Positions 50,201 to 57,729 of a stretch of DNA of 64,000 nt are shown in pieces. The number at the start of each line of letters is the position of its first letter. Position 1 is the stretch's first letter. The stretch comes from a virus (taxonomy: Duplodnaviria; Caudoviricetes): positions 57,519-121,518 of the IMG/VR virus record IMGVR_UViG_3300048880_000725, one strand, 5' to 3'. The position numbers were made by a program, and so were the translations under genes. The notes beneath the pieces are model-generated. The model did not search any database. It saw nothing but the letters and a program-made list of their open reading frames with translations, and had not been told where the DNA came from.

Positions 50201-50614
50201 GTTGCAGAAGATGCTCTAGACGAAGATGTTATTGTGGCGACAGAGAACAGAGGGAGCAATCTTGTAAAGAGCATTCTTGACTCGAAGGTTGCTGAGAAAA
50301 GGGTAGACGAGGAGCGTGAGAATTATCGAATCAAGCTGAGAAGAGCTTATGATGTTGGCCTTGAAATGCAAAGGAAAGGTCTTCTTGCTCACAGCAAAAC
50401 CGCTTTAGATAAGCAGGTTGATGAAATAATGACTTTTGATGGCAATGCTTTTGAGGCATTTAAGCGAAGCATAGGTAACGCTAGAGCTGTCGGCAGTGTC
50501 AAGATCGCTTCTGATTTAGGAGGCGTCAATATCGGCGTCGAGCCCGACCAAGTGTCCAGTAAGCCTACTGGTAGACTTACGACGGCAGATACATTAACAT
50601 CGATGTGGGAATAA
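47207..50614 (+). CDS. Prohead protease fused to scaffolding domain
   Basis: N-terminal assemblin/HK97-type protease pattern (NNDIFP, CRDH, GIILDA, SMG, CSDC..CEH, IEYSLVVQPA); long acidic and coiled-coil C-terminus; upstream of the capsid genes. Confidence 0.8.
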   Translation: MFKKVCFSPESDAVSTHTSAEISANPKLVERMTKLANGIKTIAPRSDDFLYFSIIFLKAAESATLDDSGLIKKTSSGDNAWGFFDENWKWHGNVKPHRNNNNDIFPESELKIAAKKWIGMPLCRDHESSSVDGIRGIILDAHYDEKFKQIIGLCALDKINYPDLARKVETGLVRYGSMGTAVETSICSDCGNRAQTQKEYCEHVNNRLAHGEINVGLKPIEYSLVVQPAEPGAVLLKCIASLQGYRQELSNYGVDNVDEMLGKLSFGQAQHLEGIMKTACGDTGCSISERKKIVRSFLKNNSLLKESHSTGDDSGESFANTGIAGLSERLRSATEAAKALADPDVPEDARKILSSLMNKLKLEEKLEDEGQLRGEMTSRPQDDQESFTSGENTEGAIGAGGVPLFSAAPSNSQTSMLGGGDTGNRPDFPPDDDILSFDNPSGGEAVTVESSRRNHSIKVANNDLDNDYVDDFSINSIMEDIMNESRLRKRAELRRRIAYMQGGAEGVEPNTYKSETWDRDQDKQMKQTGNMGGTDGMAPGDKETKEKLSRAELKQRRLKRLAYMQGGAEGVEPNTYKSETWDRNQDKQMQQTGNMGGTDGTFPGDKETKEKLSRAAYNGPALRTRFSVRRRTDGSVDRGNSVFEVFAGDRRVIAATAGQIYQDELAGNWEWISSQEYGREVCSQIRQAGLDKVSSLLKTAQEAPPLDDMGGAPPDLPPLDDMGGAPPDLPPLDDMGGAPPDLPPLDDAGAPPEEEEDLTPSEEIENRLADMEGLLDEIRDFVSKLEDERLADVDVNVFTGKGKEGETVEAGDGGLGALSSELISGLKTAYRRLDGSADELSLVAETYDNISKLSSGNRKQFVKLASAAVKDADHLTGESRGLMKVARSVMEDMAQDGSFADDADDADDATDFLTFADSNDADDNIEDGDGDSADDYIDDGAVDSADDNAEDLVAEAMSLRKARRESLLKQAENRFLSERAASRENILKQAEGSHVSDEVAEDALDEDVIVATENRGSNLVKSILDSKVAEKRVDEERENYRIKLRRAYDVGLEMQRKGLLAHSKTALDKQVDEIMTFDGNAFEAFKRSIGNARAVGSVKIASDLGGVNIGVEPDQVSSKPTGRLTTADTLTSMWE
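48698..49051 (+). repeat. Two near-identical 162-nt (54-aa) units, period 192 nt
   Basis: AYMQGGAEGVEPNTYKSETWDR...KETKEKLSRA at 48698 and 48890. Confidence 0.9.
49316..49447 (+). repeat. Perfect 39-nt tandem repeat (PPLDDMGGAPPDL), 3 copies plus a partial
   Basis: CCCCCGTTGGACGATATGGGCGGTGCTCCGCCTGACCTT. Confidence 0.95.
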
Positions 50615-50625
50615 GGAGGATAACC

Positions 50626-51450
50626 ATGCATAGTTTAAAACCATCTGGAGATAATATTGCCCAAGAGTTTTTAAGAATCTTGGGAAAGAAGAGTTTGGTT
50701 AAGTCAGCCGCTTTTGAAGTGCCCGATGATCCTGCCGAAGAAGGCGTTGAGGTTGGTGGTTACACGTCTGAGACCGGGGAAAGCGTAGGCGGGTTTAGCG
50801 TTGAACAATCTGATTTTGATTTTTTGGCCGAACTGGAGAAGACGCTTAATCAGACTGTTGATGTTGGTTCTGTCGCTAGTGGGCTGGAGCAATCCCTTGA
50901 AGGTATGATAACAGACGATGACGAGGCCGGTGGAGATCGAGCAACCGAACAGCTTATTGCTATGGATTCGGCTCTTGATTCTTTCGCGCATACTAATTCA
51001 GAAAAAAGAGTGCTTATTGGGCTGTCTAAGATAGCCGGAAGTCTGAGGGCAAAAGGTGAAGCTTTTGCTGCAGACGTCGTAAATGCTACTGCCATTAGTA
51101 TACATGGTGATTTGCAGAAAGAAGCTGGAAGAAAAGATGCGATTGTATCCGGACTAAAGAAGCTTGCGAGGGAGTTTTACAATGGTAAAGACCCACTTGC
51201 TGGTGATATGGTTCAGGTCACAATAAATAAAATTGGAGGAAACCCCTTTGACGAGCTGGAAGATGAACTCGACAAGCAGGAAGAGTCCGGGGGATCACCG
51301 CAAGATCAGTTGCTTCAGTGGTCGTGTGTAGACGATGCTCGCGGAAAGAAAATCAGGAAAGATTGGAAAGCTAAGGCTGAAGGCGGTGATCAAGCAGTTA
51401 AGATGCTTATGATGCAGTCAAAGAAAAAATGTCCTGACATGTGGACCTAG
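50626..51450 (+). CDS. Putative internal head protein with two helix-hairpin motif variants
   Basis: AAGGAGG SD before ATG 50626; VKSA, SKIA and QKEA motifs. Confidence 0.65.
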   Translation: MHSLKPSGDNIAQEFLRILGKKSLVKSAAFEVPDDPAEEGVEVGGYTSETGESVGGFSVEQSDFDFLAELEKTLNQTVDVGSVASGLEQSLEGMITDDDEAGGDRATEQLIAMDSALDSFAHTNSEKRVLIGLSKIAGSLRAKGEAFAADVVNATAISIHGDLQKEAGRKDAIVSGLKKLAREFYNGKDPLAGDMVQVTINKIGGNPFDELEDELDKQEESGGSPQDQLLQWSCVDDARGKKIRKDWKAKAEGGDQAVKMLMMQSKKKCPDMWT

Positions 51451-51495
51451 GAGTTGAATTAAGTTGTATAAGCTTTTAAATTGAACAATCTGAAC

Positions 51496-51502
51496 TATTA
51501 AT
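51496..51502 (+). promoter_or_regulatory. TAYTAAT putative late promoter element
   Basis: TATTAAT in the intergenic region. Confidence 0.4.
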
Positions 51503-51510
51503 AGTAAGAT

Positions 51511-51541
51511 AAAAGGGAGGGAGTAAATACCCTCCCTTTTT
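51511..51541 (+). terminator. Intrinsic (possibly bidirectional) terminator
   Basis: AAAAGGGAGGG-agtaaata-CCCTCCCTTTTT. Confidence 0.75.
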
Positions 51542-51565
51542 GATTTTTATATATGGGAGAAATAA

Positions 51566-52258
51566 TTGCTTAAAGTTATTCACAGTGGAAATGCTATGCC
51601 AATGGCTCTGCCGGTAGATCCTACCGCAGAGTTCGAGCCAGGTATGTTTGCTCAATTAGGACTAATTGGCAATGACATTGTGGCCAGTATAAGCGATGGA
51701 ACAGCGCCTCTTGGAATTATTGATGACGTTAGAACTACAGCTTTTACAAAGGCACAGATTGATGAGGTTATCAGCATAGAGGTTCAGGCGTCTGAGGTTG
51801 ATGATAACGGAAAAAGAGTTAGCTCTGTAGATGTAACGGGAGTTATGGAATTTCCCAATATAATACAAAACAGCTTTACCTCTACAATATCAGTCTTGCT
51901 TAATCCTGTAAATGGAGTTATAACAGTTCCTGCGGGGACCGAGCTTAATCATGATTTAGATGATGATGGTACAAATGATTCATTTACCATTGTTGTTAAT
52001 TATATTTATAGAGTTGCAGGAAAGCCTGGAGATGATACTACGATAGGCAGCGGAAGAGTAACTCTGCATTATCAGAGAGGTATATACGCAACAGATCAAT
52101 TTGACACAACTCAAATTTATCCAGTTAACTCTACATTATATGTGGGGTTAGATGGAAAGCTAACTTCTTCACAGCCTACTGACGCCCACCCTGGCGTTGC
52201 CCTATGTACAGGGCCTCCATCTGCAGCAATTGGAACTATAGAGTTTATGTTGCTATAG
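51566..52258 (+). CDS. Capsid decoration/cement-like protein, paralog of 55957..56580
   Basis: SGRVTLHYQRGIYATDQ resembles SGKVTVWAQAGLYGVTDQ; TTG start after GGAG. Confidence 0.55.
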   Translation: MLKVIHSGNAMPMALPVDPTAEFEPGMFAQLGLIGNDIVASISDGTAPLGIIDDVRTTAFTKAQIDEVISIEVQASEVDDNGKRVSSVDVTGVMEFPNIIQNSFTSTISVLLNPVNGVITVPAGTELNHDLDDDGTNDSFTIVVNYIYRVAGKPGDDTTIGSGRVTLHYQRGIYATDQFDTTQIYPVNSTLYVGLDGKLTSSQPTDAHPGVALCTGPPSAAIGTIEFMLL

Positions 52259-52271
52259 GTTATATTTAAAC

Positions 52272-52278
52272 TACTAAT
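52272..52278 (+). promoter_or_regulatory. TAYTAAT putative late promoter element
   Basis: TACTAAT starting 45 nt before ATG 52317. Confidence 0.45.
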
Positions 52279-52316
52279 TATTTAAAATGTTATTGATATT
52301 ATAATGGAGGCTATTT

Positions 52317-52766
52317 ATGTCTAAAACCTGGAGCAAAGAAGATCGTCATCACTTTGAAAAAAGTGAAGTTATGCAAGGGCTTGAAACAATAGTGTTGGAT
52401 ACAATTCGACGTGCAGATATTTTGCAAGAAAAGTTTGCAAACGCTGATAAGATAAACGCGGTAACTGAGGCTACGTCAAAGTTAAAGGCAGAGATCAAGG
52501 AAACTGGTGAAGCTCTTACGGAGGCTGGTCTGAGTGGTGCTGCTGCTGACGATGGAGCCATTGATGAGAGTTGCGATGGACACACAGATCATGTTAGCGA
52601 CGAGGTTGCCGAGGATGGTCTGGCCGAAGATCATCTACAGGATGAGGTCATTGATGACCTTAGAGACCTGGTCGCAGCAGCTATTTCAGAGGGAAATATT
52701 AAACTTGCGTATAGAATCGAAAGAACTATAGACGAAATAATGGAGCAAGATACGCCATGTATATAA
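52317..52766 (+). CDS. Acidic putative head protein
   Basis: GGAGG SD; shares HVSDEVAED with the scaffold. Confidence 0.65.
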   Translation: MSKTWSKEDRHHFEKSEVMQGLETIVLDTIRRADILQEKFANADKINAVTEATSKLKAEIKETGEALTEAGLSGAAADDGAIDESCDGHTDHVSDEVAEDGLAEDHLQDEVIDDLRDLVAAAISEGNIKLAYRIERTIDEIMEQDTPCI

Positions 52767-55700
52767 ATAAAGTAGGCAAGAGCGAATCTGCAGATTTATA
52801 TTTCGAAATAATGTCTAAATTTAATAATTTAAGTGACTCAATAGAGAAAGTTGCCTTTATAAAAGAGGCTAGTGGCCTCGCATCTTTATCAAAGCTTACA
52901 AGGCTTTCGGGAGAAACTGCACAAGCTGGAGTGGGAGTATTAGGCAAGACGGTTGATGATATTCTTGGTGCCAGTGGTGCGGCGAGAAAGGCAACTCAAA
53001 AGGTGCCGATTAATGGCGTTGATGAGCTATTATCAGGTTCGGCCACAGGTCTTCGCAACACTGCTGCGTTGAAAAAAAGCTTTAAAGCTGTTAGGCAAAG
53101 CTTATCTGATTCGTTAGCAGATATGACGCAGAACGTCGGCAGATATGTTGATGAAACTGGAGAATTTACAGCAGATGGTATTGCTGAGCTTCAGAGAGCG
53201 GCGAGAAGCACTGTTGGGAAAGGAGGGGCTCGATCAAATGAGGCTGCAGATGAATTGGTCAAGGCAATTACCTCTGGAAAGATATTCGACCCCGGCTTTG
53301 CAGGTGGTCCCGTTCAGAAGAGGTTCCTGGCAGGAGCTGGAGATGCTGGCGCAACGAAGGGGACGGGGTTATTAATATCTAAGTCAGATGCCCAGCGCCT
53401 TGCAAAGACCCTTAACGAAGAGGGAAGAGGTACATTTAAGGCGGTGCAGGATGCGGATGGAGCATGGAAGACCGTAAAGGTGTCGGATGCTATTCATCCT
53501 TCTGCGGCAAGAGGTGTTGACGATGTAGCGGAAACAGCCGCACGTCAAGGGCGAACAGGCAGGAATGTCAAGCTCACCCCAGAAGAGTTAGCGGAAGCCG
53601 CAAGAAGAGGTGGAAAAGAAGGCATTACTGAAGTGCAGGAAATTTTGCGACGAGGTAAGGCTCGCAACGTAGCCGGCGGATCGATAGACGATGCCGTTGA
53701 AAATGCCTTTAAGACCTTAGACGAGGCTGCAGAGGCTGCATTGAAGATAAAGCCAAAGTCTCTTTCGAAGAAAGTTTTATATTATGTTCAGGACCTAAGA
53801 ACGACTATCAATAGTCAGAAGATTTCGGCTGACAATCTCAACGCGGTCATTAAGAATGTTAATATAAATGCGTCAGGTGGCTCGACTGTAAATGTAATGA
53901 ATTCAGTTCAAATTGGTAAATTCAATTCAATTCTTGACGCAATGGATGATGGATTAGAGCACTCTATAAGACGCCTCGGCGGGGTCAAGGGAAACATAAA
54001 AGGTTTAAATCAAGTAAGTGACGCAACTGCCACTGGAGGCCGTGGAGTCGGCCACGGCGGTGGCGGCGGCATGGGCGGCCACGGCGGTGGCGGCGGCATG
54101 GGCGGTCGTGGTGGAGATACTTATATAGATATGGGTGGCCTACGAATGGGTGATCAGATGCAGCAGGCTACAAACGATGCTATGCAGGTTCACCTTAGAG
54201 CCCTTACACAGGGGCAACAAGAGATGTCTACTTACTTGGTAAAAAATGGCGATCAAATATCCATAGAGCTAAAGCAGTTGCAGAGAATTATGCAAGAAGG
54301 ATCTCAGCCCGGAGCTACGAGAGTAGCTAAGGAAGCAGCCGAGCAAGCAAGCAGGCAATATGATGATTTTGTTAAAGTTATCCAAAGAATGGATAACGTG
54401 GGTAATGTAAATATTTCAGGAAAATTCCTTAAAGAGCTTAGTGAAGCAGGTGTTAAGGTCGGCGCAGGAACGACTAGTCGATGGGGCAAGTTTGCAAAGG
54501 TTATTGCATGGGCCGGAGGCCTCACGGCTCTTGGTATGGGTCTGCACTGGGGGTACAACAAACTCAAGGATTCAGGAGCGCTTGGCGGCGGTCAAGGCGG
54601 CGGTCAAGGCGGCGGTCAAGGCGGCGGTCAAGGCGGCGGCCCCCATCCTCCGGAAGGTCCGACGAACCCCTATCTGGGGGTGACTGATCCCGCTGCCAGA
54701 CAGGCTCTTGCATCAGCAGACCCGAGATCTCCTAGTTATGACCCTGCAAATGGTTGGCAGGAAGCAAATAATGCTATATATAATCTTCAAAGCGCAGGAA
54801 GGCCTGGGGAGCTTAGCGCTTTCCTAAACGCTCTCCAGCTTGCGTATAGAAAAAGATTTAGAATGAAACTAGATCCACCATTTCCTGTTACGGGAAGCTC
54901 GATTCCTCTTTATTATGCTTTTGTTAATCAGCATAGGGCTCCGGCTCCAAATTTATCGGAATCCACTGGCAGAACCTTGGCTATAAAAACCATGGTTTTA
55001 AATGATGGCCTCAATGATCCTGAGGGAGAAGGTCCAGTCGAGGTTTTTGATGTAAATTATAAACTCATGGGGAATGACGCCCAGAAGGCTATCAATTATA
55101 CTGCAGAAGAAACTGTGGCGAAAGGCCTCGCAGAGAGAGGTCGTCCATGGTATCACTTCGGCCTTGGTAGCGATAGACACACGGGAAGAAGTCGATCAAG
55201 GTCTCACTCTATGGGTGAAGAACTCGACAGTGAGACGGGCATGCGAGGCCAGAGGTCTAGAAACATGACTAACGCAGATCGACTTATGATTAAAAGAATT
55301 ATGGAAAGCAGAGGTAGCGATAGACTGGATGCTCTTAAGAAATTTGCAGAGCTATCTATAGAAGACAGGCTCGCTGCCCTTGGCAAGTTTGCAGAGTTAT
55401 CTGCAGATAATAATGCTAAAAGAATGGAAAGTTTAGAAAGTTTAGCAAATATAGCTAACAATTCTATTAATATAACCAAAAATACTGATAATCAAACGCT
55501 TGAGAAAAAGGCAGATGATTTTTCAAAGTCATATTATAAAGATGCCATAACGGATCTTAATAATACCGACAAAACCTTACAATCTTATTTTGCAGGTCTA
55601 GGTGGACTGTACGACCAAAGATTGGAAAAAAGAAAAGCTGATTTCAAATCCCTGTATAACGTGATTGACGAAACTGGAGAAGACCTAATATACGAAGCCC

Positions 55701-55867
55701 ATCCAAAAGAGGTGGTTATATCCGACTCAATTGGACGAGGAGGCTTAGTGGAAAATGGACTTGAACAGAAGCGGCAAACACATGGAGTGGCCTTGAGCGC
55801 TCCGACAGGAAACTACAGAGCTAATTATGCCTCACGGTATGACGCTCTAAGGAAACTAGCAAATTAA
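52757..55867 (+). CDS. Large Ala/Gly-rich putative internal/ejection protein
   Basis: 1036 aa; Gly repeats; hydrophobic segment VIAWAGGLTALGMGLHWGY; KxA sites at both ends. Confidence 0.6.
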   Translation: MYINKVGKSESADLYFEIMSKFNNLSDSIEKVAFIKEASGLASLSKLTRLSGETAQAGVGVLGKTVDDILGASGAARKATQKVPINGVDELLSGSATGLRNTAALKKSFKAVRQSLSDSLADMTQNVGRYVDETGEFTADGIAELQRAARSTVGKGGARSNEAADELVKAITSGKIFDPGFAGGPVQKRFLAGAGDAGATKGTGLLISKSDAQRLAKTLNEEGRGTFKAVQDADGAWKTVKVSDAIHPSAARGVDDVAETAARQGRTGRNVKLTPEELAEAARRGGKEGITEVQEILRRGKARNVAGGSIDDAVENAFKTLDEAAEAALKIKPKSLSKKVLYYVQDLRTTINSQKISADNLNAVIKNVNINASGGSTVNVMNSVQIGKFNSILDAMDDGLEHSIRRLGGVKGNIKGLNQVSDATATGGRGVGHGGGGGMGGHGGGGGMGGRGGDTYIDMGGLRMGDQMQQATNDAMQVHLRALTQGQQEMSTYLVKNGDQISIELKQLQRIMQEGSQPGATRVAKEAAEQASRQYDDFVKVIQRMDNVGNVNISGKFLKELSEAGVKVGAGTTSRWGKFAKVIAWAGGLTALGMGLHWGYNKLKDSGALGGGQGGGQGGGQGGGQGGGPHPPEGPTNPYLGVTDPAARQALASADPRSPSYDPANGWQEANNAIYNLQSAGRPGELSAFLNALQLAYRKRFRMKLDPPFPVTGSSIPLYYAFVNQHRAPAPNLSESTGRTLAIKTMVLNDGLNDPEGEGPVEVFDVNYKLMGNDAQKAINYTAEETVAKGLAERGRPWYHFGLGSDRHTGRSRSRSHSMGEELDSETGMRGQRSRNMTNADRLMIKRIMESRGSDRLDALKKFAELSIEDRLAALGKFAELSADNNAKRMESLESLANIANNSINITKNTDNQTLEKKADDFSKSYYKDAITDLNNTDKTLQSYFAGLGGLYDQRLEKRKADFKSLYNVIDETGEDLIYEAHPKEVVISDSIGRGGLVENGLEQKRQTHGVALSAPTGNYRANYASRYDALRKLAN
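54583..54639 (+). repeat. 12-nt tandem repeat (GGGQ)
   Basis: GGCGGCGGTCAA x4. Confidence 0.85.
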
Positions 55868-55956
55868 GTTTTTCAAGTTAAAGTAAACCTAGACGATTAT
55901 ATCTAATGGTTAGATATAATTAATAAATGTAAAATAAAATTTCAAGGAGAAATAAA

Positions 55957-56580
55957 ATGGCTTTAAAATTATTAAACCCAGGACTTAGACCCCTTGGCAT
56001 GTTCGATCTAAACGATGACGACGCAGGCTTGCTCGTCGGCGGCGAGTACGTTCAACTCCAGCAAGATAATGTTGGACAAGACGCTTATGCTGCTGACGTT
56101 GGTCAGCTTGCTGATGGAACCGGTTTAGTCAACTTCACGCTGTCCTCAAGAACAGCGGGAAGCTTGGGCGGACTTGCTGATGAGGGCGGAGAAGCAGGAG
56201 AAGGGTATGGTACTCTTTTCGGAAGCTTGATTGGCTCGAATACTGGTAACGCCACGAATGTTAGTGGTGCTGTCGTTATTGGTCCAAGTACAGATCGTGC
56301 CTCTGGCAAGGTCACTGTTTGGGCCCAGGCGGGTCTTTACGGAGTAACCGACCAGGATGCTACCCTAGATACTGCTAACGCGAATGCGCCGCTTTCGGCT
56401 ACCAACGCTGGTCTCTTGACGACTGATGTAAATCAACACGAGCTCGGTATCTATGTGGGAGCTATGACTGATAGCTCTCTCGTTTCAACAACCAATGCTG
56501 CTGTGGGAATCGCTGCTGCCACGGAATATCATACGGTATTTTTTGCTGGTAATTCCGCCGCACAAGACTTATCGGCATAA
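55957..56580 (+). CDS. Capsid decoration/cement-like protein
   Basis: Immediately upstream of the MCP; Gly-rich beta pattern; AAGGAG SD. Confidence 0.6.
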   Translation: MALKLLNPGLRPLGMFDLNDDDAGLLVGGEYVQLQQDNVGQDAYAADVGQLADGTGLVNFTLSSRTAGSLGGLADEGGEAGEGYGTLFGSLIGSNTGNATNVSGAVVIGPSTDRASGKVTVWAQAGLYGVTDQDATLDTANANAPLSATNAGLLTTDVNQHELGIYVGAMTDSSLVSTTNAAVGIAAATEYHTVFFAGNSAAQDLSA

Positions 56581-56590
56581 GGAGGATAAT

Positions 56591-57613
56591 ATGTCTACAC
56601 TATTTAATACACATGGTGAAATCAATGCCTCCAATGTTCAGGAGGCTCTAACCCAGATCGTTAAGTATGCTTCAGTTATCGAAGATCTTCAGCCATCAAG
56701 CAATGCGCAGGCAACTGCTCCTAGCTTAAATGATGGTCAGAGAGATGAGATGATCAAGCAGGCTCTAATGACACAAGAGGGCAAGATTGCTCTCGGTCAG
56801 GCTATGGCTAACCCAATCCGTAGAAACCTCGATTATCAAGGCGTTGCTCGCAAGGCTCTTGTTGTCGATCCTCTACCTCAGGGTGCTCTGCCTGTCTACG
56901 ATCGTGATATTGATGTCGCGGCTGTAGTTGTATCCAGCAATGGTGCAGCTCCTGAGTCGCGTGTCTTTGGCGATCGTGTGACCGTTCCGGAATTCGAGGT
57001 TGTCTCGAACCCGACTGTCCGTATTGCCGAAGTTAAGCGTCGTCGATTCAACGTAATCGATCGTGCTCAGCAGAAGGCTCGTCAGGAGATTCAGGCGCAG
57101 GAGGATGCTAACGTGTTCTCGGCACTTGAGTTTGCAGGCGATGACGCCCTCGGTGGAGAGAATGCTGCAGTTGACCTGTCGGCAAACCAAGTCGCCGCTG
57201 GCGCGTTGGATAAGAATGGTATGCTGAACCTTAAGCGACAAATTGATCGTTGGGACCTTGTTACTTCTAAGTACTTCCTCAACATCAATGAGTTCACTGA
57301 CATTCTCAGCTGGGAATCAGCTGGTGCTGCTGGTGCTTCTCAGGTCGACCCAGTAACTCAGCGTGAGTTGCTTCAGACTGGTCTTTATGGTCACATCTTT
57401 GGTGCCGATATTATCGTTTCCAAGGTTGTTCCTTCTGGTCGCGGCTTTGCTTGTGCTGACCCTGAGTTTGTTGGCGTGATGCCTGTCCGTCAGGACGTTG
57501 AGGTACTTCCCGCTGATGAGCCCAAGCAGCTTAAGCTTGGTTGGGTTGTCAATGAGATTATCGGCATTGGTGTCGTTAACCCTCGTGGTGTTGCAACTGG
57601 TACAGTCGGCTAA
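56591..57613 (+). CDS. Major capsid protein (HK97 fold)
   Basis: AAGGAGG SD before ATG 56591; MANPIRRNLDYQGVARK, PEFEVVSNP, IDRAQQKARQEIQAQED, GHIFGADIIVS, GIGVVNP; followed by a strong terminator. Confidence 0.85.
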   Translation: MSTLFNTHGEINASNVQEALTQIVKYASVIEDLQPSSNAQATAPSLNDGQRDEMIKQALMTQEGKIALGQAMANPIRRNLDYQGVARKALVVDPLPQGALPVYDRDIDVAAVVVSSNGAAPESRVFGDRVTVPEFEVVSNPTVRIAEVKRRRFNVIDRAQQKARQEIQAQEDANVFSALEFAGDDALGGENAAVDLSANQVAAGALDKNGMLNLKRQIDRWDLVTSKYFLNINEFTDILSWESAGAAGASQVDPVTQRELLQTGLYGHIFGADIIVSKVVPSGRGFACADPEFVGVMPVRQDVEVLPADEPKQLKLGWVVNEIIGIGVVNPRGVATGTVG

Positions 57614-57645
57614 AAAAAGCTTTTTTAAAAGCTAGATAGCTTAAG

Positions 57646-57679
57646 GGGCATGGCAGTTTATTCTGCCATGCCCTTTTTT
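57646..57679 (+). terminator. Intrinsic terminator after the MCP
   Basis: GGGCATGGCAG-tttatt-CTGCCATGCCC then T6. Confidence 0.9.
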
Positions 57680-57680
57680 A

Positions 57681-57687
57681 TATTAAT
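57681..57687 (+). promoter_or_regulatory. TAYTAAT putative late promoter element
   Basis: TATTAAT directly after the terminator. Confidence 0.45.
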
Positions 57688-57729
57688 TTTAAAAGATTAT
57701 ATAAGACTACATATAGCAAAGGTTTATTT

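Noticed and set aside
56495-56590. N-terminal extensions given by the ORF track (MCP 56495; also 9134, 24209, 44280, 50605)
   Set aside because: They overlap upstream genes or a terminator; downstream ATGs have better SD or motif context
56591-57613. Encapsulin nanocompartment shell
   Set aside because: Terminase, portal and protease context indicates a true phage capsid
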